DNA of 64,000 bases, taken from the NCBI RefSeq assembly GCF_009914755.1, contig NC_060932.1; one strand, written 5' to 3'. Position 1 is the first letter of the stretch; each line of letters begins with the position of its first letter. The position numbers and the translations under genes are program-made. Shown one piece after another: positions 1 to 13,651 of this stretch. The stretch comes from the human T2T-CHM13v2.0 reference genome, Homo sapiens. The notes beneath the pieces were generated by a model that was not told the origin of the DNA, did not search any database, and saw only the letters and a program-made list of their open reading frames with translations.

Positions 1-889
1 ATTAATCTCAGGAGGGAATCTTTAGCATTTCTTTCTCTTTCAAATATGTGTCTGTTACTTGGGCTGAGTGAGGCTCCATTTGAAGGAGGCTTATTTAGAG
101 TTAAGATAAAGATATATCTTCAGGCCTATGCTTTTACCATCACCAAACAAATAGGATTGGAAAGTATTTTGGGTTCTGGGTACTCATGGCTTTGTAGACT
201 GCTTAGCCACATTCAGACAACAATTTGCAGAGCAACTTCCATATTAGAACTTTTTGTGAAAAAACACAAAATAAAATTCAGTTTAACTCAAGAAGTATCC
301 AAAAACATTCACTAAAAAGGACTACTTTTGTCCTGAGCAGGGAATACCATCCTTGTTTTTGTTTTCTACCTTTTTTTAAGCTAACGTTAGAGACATCTTG
401 GGCTAATGGGAACAGGGAATAACTACTGGCAAAATCAGGGATCAAGGTTCTGTTTATGTTTTGTCAAACAAATACATCTGTTTGACCTGAAGCCTCCTTG
501 GTTTATTACAGCAATTGCTTACTGTAAGTAAGCAACAAGGTGTTTAAATTTCACACATGTGAAATACATATTATGTTGCCTAGCAGGGGCCAAGACTCAG
601 TCAATATTTTTTTGTAGCACAGTTCTCAGATTCTGAGCTTTACTTAACCAAAAGTTTACTTAACCAAAGGAAGCAAGTTCTTAACCTTGACACTAGAACT
701 GTGAGTTAGACTTTATTAGTGAACACACTTATTGGTAGTTCCTTGTTTAAGTCCATTACCACAATGTTTTTCTTTAGCTTTAACACATGCACCATTTGGC
801 ACAGTCATAGACCGATAAGCAAGGGAATATAGCAGGCAGCAGTCCCCTGGAATTACAAGCTCCTGAAGCAAAGCTCCGTAATGGGTGAC

Positions 890-1361
<472 letters not shown>

Positions 1362-1796
1362 TGAGATAATCTAGTCAGTGTTAGCTACTATCACTAACAT
1401 CATCATCATCATCACTGCCTCTTAGTCTCCTAAAATACCCAGTATAGTGCCTTACACTGTGATAAAGGGGGAACAATTCCCATTTGTTGTATAACTCATT
1501 CCATCCACTGATGCATTTTAAATTTGGAATGAAATCTATCAGGATTACAGATTCAAATTCTTAAAGCTCTTCCAATGTACTTTGTTCCCATTTTGGGGGG
1601 CAGGGAGAGAGTAACTTCTTAAAAATTTTCCAAACTTCAACCCTAGAAAATAATCTATGTATATAAACGTTCTTAGTATAATTCTTGGCACATCGTAGTA
1701 GACATTTCATAAAAGTTCTAAGAGATAAAAAGTAAAATGGGTTTATATTTTATGATGATTTTTAGGGGAGACATAGGCTTCAAGAAAGTGACTTGC

Positions 1797-2087
<291 letters not shown>

Positions 2088-2349
2088 GTGACTTGCCCAG
2101 TGTTTAAGAAATAAGAATGTTTTTGGATACTCATTCTTGAGTTAAACTGAATTTTATTTTATGTTTTTTCACAAGGATGCCATTATCTTCAGTAAATGTT
2201 TTCTTGGGAAACTCAGGCAGTGGGAAATTCCTCTAGAGAGTTGCTGGTCGGCAGGTGTTTTCCACATTACTTGACTGGAGAGCTGTCGGCAGTCAGATCT
2301 CTCTGACATGGGGTAAACAGCGGCTCTCGATCCAGGCAGCTCTTTAGAA

Positions 2350-2470
2350 CCGCCCCATGAGCCTTAAAAAGTGCATAAGCCCAGCCCCACTGAGCCAGAT
2401 TTTTGCTTTGGGATAGTCTGGGTGGGCCCTGGGCGTCAGAATTCTTAAAATCTTTCCAAGTGTTTCTAGA
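2350..2470. mobile_element. MER5-like hAT DNA transposon fragment
   Basis: gtctgggtgggccctgggcgtcagaattcttaaaatctttccaagtg resembles MER5A. Confidence 0.5.
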
Positions 2471-3589
2471 GAGAGTTATAAATAGTTCTCTCTGCTTAGC
2501 CTTCGATAATTCTATGTTTTATACATGTTTATAGATTTCAGCACACATTAAAATTCTCTCCCCTTTGTAACTTCTCTTTAAAAGGGACTTTTTTTTTAAC
2601 TTTGTAAAATGATAAAACATAATAGGAATTAACCAGTTTGTTCTTCTGAAGAAACATATAAGCACTTGATTTTACAGAAGAATTGCCAGAATTGTTCAGT
2701 AGCTACATCTTAGATAGAGTGGTAGTGACGGCTTTTTCATTTTATACAATCAAAGCAACCACCTGTTTTTTCCCTTTCCCAAGTAAGTTAACACAATGAA
2801 TCTTGATCAGATGATTTATCTCTTTGAAATTTACAAGTGATGGCTTGAGTTTCATATATTGCATACTAATAACATAAATGATGTAGAGAGGTACTAAAAA
2901 TAATAATATTAGTAACAATAATGCCTTTGTTCATCATGTCCTTGCACATCACATGTTCGAAACAAGTGGTGTTTGAGCCTGCTGAGATATGAAATTTAAA
3001 AGAAAGACTATGTAACCCTAATGCTTATGTGTTAGATAGCTTGGGTTGAATATTCAAATAATTGATCTGGTACCTGCTGCAGATTCTGTGGTAGTGCACC
3101 AGTCATTTCTTAAAATAGCCCTAACCATATGTGGCAATTGAAAGAGGTGTATAAGGGGTCCCTAGGAGCCCCTAAGGGAATGGTGAAGACCTCACAAATA
3201 GAGAAAACAAGGGAAATTAGCAAGTAAAACCCTCCTCCCAATCATGGTTCTATCTTAAGTTTCCTGCCTCAGAGACAGGACTTTTTGGTTCAATCTTGGA
3301 AGATATACTAAGTTCTTTTTTTCAAAACATAAATGATCCACTTGGCAATGCTTTTACAATACATTTAGTGCATTTTGAATCAAGGAATTGTTTAATGTGC
3401 TTACCATGAGTTATTTCCTTTTACAAATATCATTTGAAACTCACCATTTCTAGAAAGCCTCACCTGGTTACGTGGAATATGATCCCATTGATCTCTGGCT
3501 GTATCTTTTGATATCAGAAGCCATATGCTTATAGGCATGTAATGACGTCCTATGTATGACAGCACACATCAGAATGTCCCTTTAATTTC

Positions 3590-3945
3590 TCCGACTTAAG
3601 CACGTAGGACCTTTGAACATGCTCTTCCACCTGCTTGGAATATATCTGCTACTACCAGCAACTCCTTTATCTAGTTCTTTTCAGATCTCTGCCCAGTTGT
3701 TTTTGTTCAGGGAAGCTTTCTCTAATCTTCCTCTGTTCACTGATTTTACGTTCTTGCAGCATCTCTCCAAAGTCTCACTTTTCCACTTTTTTGAGTGACC
3801 ATTTGATTGCTCACTGCCTGTCTTGGAAGGCTGTAACTCTTTGACTCACACACCCAGGGTCTGTGTTGACTTTTGTTTATCAGTATATTTCTAGAAGTTA
3901 GTCCAGTGTTTGAATTCAATAGGTGACTAATTGTTGAATGAATAC
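3590..3945 (+). mobile_element. L2 3' end
   Basis: Ends in the L2-type ...taattgttgaatgaat; upstream matches the degenerate L2 3' region. Confidence 0.65.
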
Positions 3946-4267
3946 TGCACTTTCTCTTTGAAACTCAGCTACAGTTTCACTTTGCTGAAGAGTTCTGCAC
4001 TACTTAACTTTTTGAAACTAATGTTCTATGTAATACTTTAAAGATTAATGGTTAAGGAGAGTGATTCATTGTGCAAAAAGAATGACTTTTACTAAAAGTA
4101 TTTCTTATTAGACTAAATTTGAAACATAAACTAAAACATACATTTTTAAAAAGCTACCCATAAGCTCACCATATTTACATAGCAACTATTTTTATTTCAT
4201 CAAAGGACACTGTCCTTAAGCTGAAGTCATGCTGGAACTTGGGTATTTCATTCTAAATTTGTTTGTG

Positions 4268-4275
4268 TTTCTTCT

Positions 4276-4307
<32 letters not shown>

Positions 4308-4444
4308 TTCTCCTTCTCCTTCTCCTTCTCCTCCTTCTTCTTCTTCCTCCTACTCCTCCTTCTCCCTCTTCCCTCCTCTCTCCCCCTCCCCCTCCCCCCT
4401 CCCCCTCCTCGCACCCCTCTTCTTCGTCTTCTTCTTCCTCTTCT
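4268..4444. repeat. Polypyrimidine microsatellite (CTT)n/(CTCCTT)n/(CCT)n
   Basis: About 175 bp, almost only C/T; source of the spurious poly-R/L/F ORFs. Confidence 0.97.
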
Positions 4445-5174
4445 GTGATGATGGGCAGCTTCATAAACTCTGGCTGGAAATCCGAAGGTATCTAAAAAAC
4501 TCTCAACTAGAGGTGAGAGTGCTCTGAATCATTCACACAAAATTGCCTGAAGCTGGGCTACCTGTCTTGGTAAACAGCACACTTAAACTACTCCTTCAGC
4601 CTCCAGGACCCCACTGTGCCAAATTCAGGAATAACACCTGTCTCATGTAAAACTTTTTTAGTCTGTAGGATCTTACTCTAAATCATAGGAATTGTTGTCT
4701 CACGAGACTTTTTAATGTCTGTGAGAGTATGGACATTAGCAAGAGATGCCTTAACTCTTAAAACCACCTCAGTCAGTACTGTGACTCAATGCCTCTTAAC
4801 TAGGCGAGGGTTAAATATGCAGATTTGAAAATATTGGGTTAATAAATAGTGAGCAGTTAAAGTTTCCCCCTTATTAGTGTTGCATGTTCTTTCCAGTAAT
4901 TTTAAATCAACTGATCAGTAGTAGCCTTAGATCAAAAAGGAAATGAAGTTTGAAGGAACCCACTTCACATGTAAGGAGATGAGCTTATTTCCTTAATGGA
5001 GAGTCCCGGTGGAGACGCTGGAGGCAGTTCCTCAGTGGTGTTTGGTTGAACCAAGCACCAGTCAACAAAGGATCAAAAGTGGGCTGCAGCATATATTTTG
5101 GTATCAGTGGATGCCTTGTAATTGCAAGCTTTACGGTCATGCATGTTTCATTCTCTCTTTGTTGTGTTTTCCAG

Positions 5175-5298
5175 AGGGATAACCAATTGGCTGGCAAAGT
5201 AACAAATGAAAAGTAACCTGACTCTATTGACCTGCTTAACCCTGCATGGGGGGGAAGGATGGAAAGGAGCAGCTGTTTGCTTTGAAACGGTGGAACAG
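5175..5298 (+). other. DNAJC5B: Probable non-coding 5'UTR exon (exon 2) of DNAJC5B
   Basis: Strong acceptor (ctctctttgttgtgttttccag|AGGG) and donor (GAACAG|gtatgg) bracket 124 nt of non-repetitive sequence upstream of the ATG exon. Agrees with my recollection of the transcript; not verified against cDNA. Confidence 0.75.
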
Positions 5299-5445
5299 GT
5301 ATGGAACAGCAGCTTTTGCTGTTGCCTTCTTTTATTTCTTTGCACATCTATTTCCAGACCAGTTGAAAACAGCAAGTTGTTCCTGTTTGCGGACACAGAA
5401 TCGGGGTTCCGGGTTCCAGGAACAGGTACTGTGGTTTACTAGTAA

Positions 5446-5801
<356 letters not shown>

Positions 5802-8119
5802 AAGAGCATTGTTTTCAAATAGCAAATAAGTAATCCTGCTAGGGAGAATTATTACTTTTAAACATAGGATTTGCATTTTGGAAGTTCATTTAGCTTTAAG
5901 ATACATTATTTGGGCTTATGGGAATTTTGCTCCACTAAACAAATTTCTATGAAGGAATCATAGAAGTAATGACAAAGCAGCAAAACTTGTTGATTTCCCC
6001 AGTGAATGCCATGGAAAGTGTGTTTGCTGTGTTTAATGATCTAATCTCCTCTGCCCACATTCATTTTCTCAGTTGTGAAGGGACCCTGCCAAGAAAGGCA
6101 TAGTTTGACTTTTTCTATTTTTTCAAACTTCACATAATAGATATAGGTGAAGCTTCTTTTGCTTCGAAATGAAGATTTCATTTCAACACGAAAGATTTAG
6201 AACCACACCCGTAGGACCCCTGGAATTAGAATCTTTAAAATTTTTGTTAACTTTGAGTCAGTGCCTATTGTCATTGGGGGGTTGTACCTTCTTTCAGTTA
6301 CATCCATTATCAAGAGGCACCTGAGCAGTACCTGGTTTGGTAGTCACTCTATAGAGGTCAATGGTTTTTGTAATATTAATGGCTTTGTCGTGCAGCTAGA
6401 AAGTAATTTTAAGTTCAGAAGATTAAGTATCATGTACTAGATGTTCAAAATTAAATCACTTAATGACTTTTCTCGACAAGATTTTTCTCCCCATTGGATG
6501 CCTGATAGATGAGGGACTATGAATAAATAATAAAGACTTGAAATTTGCATAGGAATATTATAATTCAAAAGGTTACAGAAAAAAGAGTTTTAAAAGTTGT
6601 ATTTTATATAAGGAATTTTAAAAGGTTATGGGCCCACTATTTAAGGTTATTTAAGGAAGAGATTTTATGTTATTATGTTCTCAGGACATAACATCTTTAC
6701 AGTCATTAAAGGTTTCAATGTATTACTCTATTGAATCTGAAACTAAATATCATAGAAATCAATAATATATGAAGAATCTGGTTTCTAGCTTAACAAGGAG
6801 GCAGAAAAAGTAGTGTGTTGTTGCTGCTTGAGGCACAAAGCAGCTTTCTGGTCTTTTGGTTCCTTCATGTTTCAGTGTGTAGAGTCAGCCAACTACTTCC
6901 CACATTGACCAACTATCTTTTGCTTGCATTTTAACATGATGCAAATGGACTTTTTAAAAAAGTTTCTTCATTAAAAGATGTTGTCTGTCTGAAAGGAAAT
7001 ATTTGGGAATAGGGCAAAAGAAGATGAAACAGACAATAAACACTCTATACTACCCATTCTGAATATTGATCAATGCATATTATCAAACAAGTTGGCTACT
7101 GGAATTTCATTTAGTGGGAATAGATTATAATGTGATTCAATTTTTAAATGAAGTGATGATTGGAAAAAACATTATAAACCAAAGAATTAGCTAGCTACTG
7201 TGTCTTCCCGGGTGTGAGTTTTTATCTATGAAACTCTTCGAGAAATGGAATCTGCCTTTTTTTTTCATACTAGAAAAGGGAGGGTAGAGAAGCAAAGGCC
7301 TGGGGCAGAGAAAGACAGGCTCCAGGCTGTTTCCAGGACTGTTCTCTGGAAGGGGCTGGGAGCAGCCCCTGCCTGAGCCCATTTCTCTTTTTCCACACCT
7401 GGGATAATTTTGAAGGAGGGAGCCTTGGAGAAAACCATCCTCAAAGGGCACCAGAGGGCTCTGCAGGCTCCCCAGGGCTGCTTTCCTCACACAGGAAAAG
7501 ATACTGGACAGGATTCAGGCACCCTCAACTCCAGAAACCTCGGAGTCTTCCTTTGTGAAAAGCATGAATGCTAACGTTAGGCTGCTTTGCTCACAGACAT
7601 TGGTGTACCCAGTAAAAGTGCTGCCCAACGCCAAACCTAACATGCCCCCATCCTGTCACCACCCAGTCAGCAGGGAAAATAAGAACCAGGAGTTTGGGAA
7701 TGGAGAGGTGGTAGGAGCATGTTTAACAAGACTAGAAACGCTCAGGGCTATGGCTCATGTGGTTCCTGTAGCCCTGAGCCACAGGGCTTCCTGGAAATCC
7801 TCAGGAGGTTTTGACCCAGAGACCAGGAATCTTCTTTCCTGTGTGGCTTACAAACTGGGCTCCCTGCAGAAGTTCTGAAATTCTTGCATAACCCACACAT
7901 TCCTCTACTTCCAGGTAACTCTACTTTCCTAACTAACCCCTTCAGGAGCTCCCTCTTAGTCCACGTGCAGGCTCAGTGGCTGCGCAGAGGGAAAACACTT
8001 GCCACCATAGCCCTTAGATCCCACTGCGCCTTCCTGTGGCCCCTCACCGTGGACAGAGCTGCAGGGCCCCTCACGTCCTGCAGCTGGACACAGTGCAAGG
8101 CTGCTTCAGTTCAGTGTCA

Positions 8120-8340
8120 CCACTATTCAGAGTTCTTGTGAGGATTAGATGAGATACTAGTTGGGGGAAATTGTAAATTGTAAAGTATCTTAGAAATGTC
8201 AAGTGTTATTCAATATGACACTCCAGTAAGAACATGGGCTTTAGAACCAGATAGCTCTAAATTCAAAACTTGCCTGTGTGAACCTGGGCAAGTTGCTTTA
8301 CTTCAGGGAGACTCACTTCTCTCATCCATAAAATGAGATT
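8120..8340 (+). mobile_element. MIR fragments
   Basis: tgtgaggattagatgagata; ctgggcaagttgctttacttc...ctcatccataaaatgag. Confidence 0.6.
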
Positions 8341-10794
8341 GCAAAGGAGAGAGGTATATGCCCGCTGCCCCTCGGGGGCTACAGGCTGCTTGTCTTCTAA
8401 AGACTTCATATGACAGTATTCATCACCATATCATGAACTTACCGTGGTCAAAACAGTGAAAGGCTGTCCAGTTCTCAGCCTTGGAAGCTCAACCAGCTGA
8501 GATGGCGGCAGCCAGAGAGCAGGGCCTTGCTGAAGGCCACACTCCCTGCAGCCACGTTCTCCGGATGGTGCACAAACTTTGGATGTCCATTATTTTATGA
8601 AGGGAAATAGCTATCCTTGGATGAAGACCACTTGTGTCAACATGACCCATTCATGCCCTCCTTGTGGGTGGATCTCAGGGCAAGACAAATCATCAACAGA
8701 TTCCAATTTATTCATTTACCAGGAGATAGAATTGTCCCTGAGACCAGTGAAAAGAACTGAATCCATGTGACCAGTGCATTCTCTTCCTTGAGGAAGACTT
8801 ATGTAGGACGCCAGATAATAACCAAAAGGAGACTTGACAGCATGGAGTTAGATTAGTCGAATTTTAACAATGAGGGCCAAAATTGCTGGATGGGCTTCTC
8901 TCAAGAGCAACCGTTTGGCCAATGGGGCCTGAGTCCTTTTCCTCCTTCCTTGCAATAGTGCTTGGATGGCCCAGCCAGCATTGGCCTCCGCATTTGTTTT
9001 TCTCTGCCTGCCCATGTCTGCTCATCCTCCTGAATAACCGACACAAGAAGAACCTGACACTGTCAGTTACGATTATGCAGTTAATCAGGTTCTATCAGGT
9101 CTTGCAGGCCCAGGAGCCATTTATCTCTTTAAGATGATTTTATAAGATAGCTTCTTCCTGATCCAGCATGCACTGATCTCCCATTTTAACTCTCAGAAAA
9201 CCGTTTTATTTATCTTACTCCTAAGCTTTTGGGGGTCCCTCTCTGATGTCCCTAAGTACCGATAACAGGATTAAATGACACCATATACGAAAGTTGTCAT
9301 TCTGGTGCATAGGAGGGGCTCAGTAAAGCCTAATTCCCTGTTCTCCTTCCCTTTCATGCAATATGACAGCTCTTAAGACTTTTATGGAACATAGCCCTGT
9401 GCTATGTCAGTTGTATTTCAAAGATTAATATAAAATAGGATTCCAGCCCCTGAGGAGCTCAGAGTATGGTGGTGCAGGGACATTTAAGTGAATAATGTTT
9501 TGTTGAGCATAAAAACCCTGTTGTTGCCAGGCCCACTGGCTGTGGGAGTAAATGTAGCCTTCCTGGTATTCATGTATTCATTTTGCTATGCTGCTAGACC
9601 TCACCTGTACAAATACAGGGCCCCGCCTCCTGCAGAATCCTCCCAAAGATGTGCCAGTGCTCAGGGAGAGTTGCAGAGAAGAGCTTTAGTGTCCACCCTT
9701 TATCACCATTATCTCCATTAGCATTAGTCCACACCATGCCCATTTTAAAATTTGAATCAAGGATGTTTTCTTAACTCCAGCTAAAGTATATGCAAAGCAA
9801 CCTGAAGGCCCCCCACTAGCCACCACCCAGCTGCTCACCCTCACTCTTCCTGCCCCTTGCTGGTACCCTTTCCTACACTGTGATTCTGGAGCTTCCAAAC
9901 ACCCCACATATTTCTGAGTATCCCTAGAGGGTATTGCAAATGTTTTCTGAAATGACTCTGGGCCTTCTGCCACCAGCCCTTCTCCTATCAGGCCTGGGGT
10001 CGGGGGAAAGGGCAGGCAGCAGTGTCAGCTTTCTGCCATGTTCTCTGTCGCTACTTTCTTCGTAGGAAAATGTTGGCCCAGCCTGGCCTGGGTGCTGCCT
10101 CTCCCTATGAAACGGTTTCAAAGTTGCAGATCTTTGTTCCCTTTAGTCTTTACAGAGGGCTTATGCAAACATCTCTTCAGTCTCTAAGTTCTCCCCCAGA
10201 GGAACTCAAAAACACATTATTGGGTAGGGCAGGGGACCAGTGGGCATCATCTGGTCTAAACTCCCCTCATCTTCTCTCTGAGCTAGATCCCAATCAAAAT
10301 TTCCTCCCTCGTCTTTCAGTCCCCAAACCCAGAAGTCCTAATTCATGTTGATATATGCAAATAGATGACCAAGAAAGTCACTGGCCACCAAGACCATACA
10401 GATCTGAGGTTAGACTTAGATAGAAGGGCAATAATAGAAAAATATGAACCAAGTTCTACTGCAGAAGCAAGTGGTAGTGTTGCTTTCGGTTCAGGCTTCA
10501 CCTTTTCTGCGAGGCCATCCCCTCCCACTCTCACTCAAGTTAAGCACTTGCTCTTGAATCACCCAGCGGACATTTGCCAATACCTAATATGTGCCAAGCC
10601 AAAGCGAGGCCTCTAATGGCATGGTTCCCAAGCAGAATCCTGTCCTCTATGAGATCCCTCGTCTGTTTGATCTCTATACTTGGTACTTCTCTGACCCTGA
10701 ACACTAGTTTCATTTTGGCTTATACATTTGGATCCCATATTAGTCTGCAACCTCTCTGAAGACCTAGCCCACACTTTAGGCTTCTGAATAAATA

Positions 10795-11357
10795 CTGTCA
10801 TCTGAATAACAACATTTTGGTCAATGTCAGACTACATATACAATGGTAATCCCAGAAGATTGTAATGGAGTTGAAGAATTACTATTGCCTAGTGACATCA
10901 TAGTTGTCATAATGTAGTGTGACACATGATTCATGTCTGTGACAATGCTGGTGTAAACAAACCTACTGCATTGCCTGTTATATAAAAGTGTACAATGACC
11001 TAGGACTTCATATTCACTCATTGCTTACTCACTGATTCAGAACAACTTCCAGTCCTTTGAGCTCCATTTGTGGCAAGTGCTCCATATAGGTGTACCAATT
11101 TTTATCTTTCACACTACATTTTTACGGTACCTTTTCTGTGTTTAGGTGTTAAAAAGTCGCCTACAATACTCAGTACAGTAACACACTGTACAGGTTTGTA
11201 GTCTAGGAGCAATAGGCTATACCATATAGCCTTGGTGTGTAGTAGGCTCTATTATCTAGGTTTGTGTAAATACACTCTGTGATGTTCACACAATGATAAA
11301 ATCCCCTAAAGATGCATTTCTCGGAACATAGCCTCATCGTTAAGTGGTGCGTAACTG
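10795..11357 (+). mobile_element. Tigger3/MER7-family non-autonomous DNA transposon
   Basis: TA on both flanks, degenerate TIRs (ctgtcat...ataac / gttaag...gtaactg) and internal ctaggagcaataggctataccatatagcc typical of Tigger3. Confidence 0.8.
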
Positions 11358-11924
11358 TAACTGAATTGTCGGCTGTGGGTGTTATCATAATCCGTGTAGT
11401 AGATTATCTTCAGTAACCTGTATATCTCTTTCCTGGATTAGTGACAGCAAGATCCAAGTAGGAAGCAATCAAAGTGAGTGAGTCATAGAGCACGATGCTC
11501 ACAAGCATGAAAATTATGCTCCTCTGTGCCTTGTTAAAATTGATTTTACAACTATCTGTTGATTTATGGGAGTCATGACATCTCTTTTATTTTATGACAT
11601 AGATGATGAAGAGGAAATACATTTTTCCCTCAAATTGAAACTATCAAAATGGTTTCTTTTGGATGTTGCATATAGAGAAAAATCGATAAAGCAGACATAA
11701 CTCTTCTTATCTGTACTAGAAATGTCAACACAATACATTTGAATCTGTTGGGTTTGAATATCTTAGTTTATCACTATTATTTTCCCAAAGTATTCTTTCC
11801 CAAGTACCCAGAAGCCACATTCAACTTAAAGGCAGAGTAGGTGCAGTGATTTAAGAAACATCCACAATAGTTAGTCTGGCTTGACCATGCTCAGGGAGCT
11901 GCCACTGGTGTTTAATTGAGAGAG

Positions 11925-12330
11925 TATAATAGCACTTAGGAGTCCTGGGTGACAGTGACCAAAACCTAGCTGAAACACACAAGAAAAAATATGCATGTAC
12001 ATTTGTACATGGAGAGGAATTTTATTGGCTCAACCCAAGGAAGGGTTGATAGACAAGCTGTTGTAAGGTAAGAGTTGCAGGTGGACCCAAGAACAACCGG
12101 AGCCAGGAACTGAACCCCACTGAGGCTCTCACTCTCTTTCACCCTCTCTTAATTCAGGCCAGCCAACAATACCCAAATGTTCAATTGTATAGGTTTCACC
12201 ATCTGATAGATAGTTCTATATTTTTAAAATCCTAGGGAAGGATTCTAATTGGTCTGGCTTGGGTCAGGTACTTCTTCCTGGTGGACTAACTGAGATCAGG
12301 TAAGGCCGAGGCAGGTCTCAGGAAAAGCAC
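11925..12330. mobile_element. Old MLT1-like LTR fragment
   Basis: Degenerate similarity only (gtgacagtgaccaaaacc...ttattggctca...gattctaattggtctggcttgggtcagg). Confidence 0.4.
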
Positions 12331-12509
12331 AAGATGCAGTGGGGACCTATGCACTCCCCAGAAAAAGAAAAGCTAAACGGCTAATAGGAAAATTATCTAC
12401 GACTATGATCTCTGGCCAGAACTCCCCAAAAGGCATTTGTTAAGATGGCCTAGATGGCCTCTAACTCTATATTCTTCAGTCCTAGGATTTGAATTATTAT
12501 GTTGATTTG

Positions 12510-12830
12510 TTCATTTATTTGACAAATAAAAATTGTGTATATTTATGGTGTACAGTGTGATGTTTTGACTTATGTGTACATACATGGTGGAATGGTTAAG
12601 GTAAGCTAATTAGCATACACAGTAGCTCATTTCTCATTTTGTTGTGTGGTGAGAACACTTAAAATCTACTCCCTAGCGATTTTCACATACATATATAATA
12701 TATTGTTATTGACTATTGTCACCAAGTTGTACAACAGATTTCTTGAACTTATTCCTCCTATTTAACTGAAATTTAGTATAATTTGGACAACATCCCCCAG
12801 CCACTGCTTGTCCCATATCCACCACTTCCA
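12510..12830 (-). mobile_element. L1MA-type 3' end
   Basis: gtggtgagaacacttaaaatctact...cttgaacttattcctcct is the reverse L1MA 3'UTR. Confidence 0.8.
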
Positions 12831-13233
12831 TTGCTGGCTAAATTTGGAAAATATATGAAAAAGAAGTTAAGCAAATTCCAGAAAAAAATGAAAGACCAAA
12901 AAGCTCTACATTTGCCTGGCCTTTGAGGATTGATTCTCAACAATTCTGAATTCACTGGGTGTTTAGATGACATTTTGCTTCTATTTAACCGTGTGGAGAA
13001 AGCCCTGTTCCATTTGCATGGCTGCCTGTATTCTTTAACACCCTGATTCAGAGCTCTGCTTTTGGCTCTCCTAACCCTTTTCTCCCCTCTTTTTGTAGTT
13101 GGTACACAAATATTCTTCAAATTGTCATTTTACAAAAGGTCAAAAATGAGCTGTCTTCCCCTTTAGAGAGTGGGAAGTAGTGTGCATAACCTTCATGGCT
13201 ATTTTCTCCCCTTTAGTTTTGCAGCCTTAGAAA

Positions 13234-13352
13234 ATGGCATGTAACATACCTAACCAAAGACAGCGGACTCTGTCAACAACAGGAGAAGCTCTATACGAAA
13301 TTCTTGGTCTGCATAAGGGAGCATCAAATGAAGAAATTAAGAAAACCTACAG
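13234..13352 (+). CDS. DNAJC5B: DNAJC5B first coding exon (exon 3), aa 1-40 [39 protein letters not shown](R)
   Basis: AAAATGG Kozak context. Translation matches the CSP N-terminus (RQRxLS PKA-type motif) and J-domain helices I-II. Phase-2 donor AG|gtacgg. The exon probably begins at 13217 after ccctttag. Confidence 0.97.
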
Positions 13353-13651
13353 GTACGGATTTCAATGGTGACATTTCTTCTGCTACTAGTGAGTTATTTT
13401 GTGACTGGCAGATTCCTCCATTAAAGACATAAGCTTCTCACTAAGACCAGTAATCCAAATTTTAGATCCAATGTTCCCTGCTCTACAACATAGGAGTTAG
13501 GAATGGAAAGGCATGACAGTGATTTTATGAAAGAACTCACTGATGATGCTGGGCCTTAGGAAAGGGCAGCCTGTGTCTTAGACCTGCAGTGAAAGAGAGA
13601 GAGAAAGACAGAGAGAGAAATGAGTGAACCAACCACAACCAATTGCTGTCA

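Noticed and set aside
548-565. Short inverted repeat atttcaca-ca-tgtgaaat
   Set aside because: An 8-bp stem is expected by chance in 64 kb.
639-670. 16-bp tandem duplication tttacttaaccaaa(a/g)g
   Set aside because: Two copies only; common slippage event, not an array.
4216-4495. Poly-Arg/Glu, poly-Leu/Pro and poly-Phe ORFs
   Set aside because: Translations of a stop-free CT microsatellite; no splice or coding signal.
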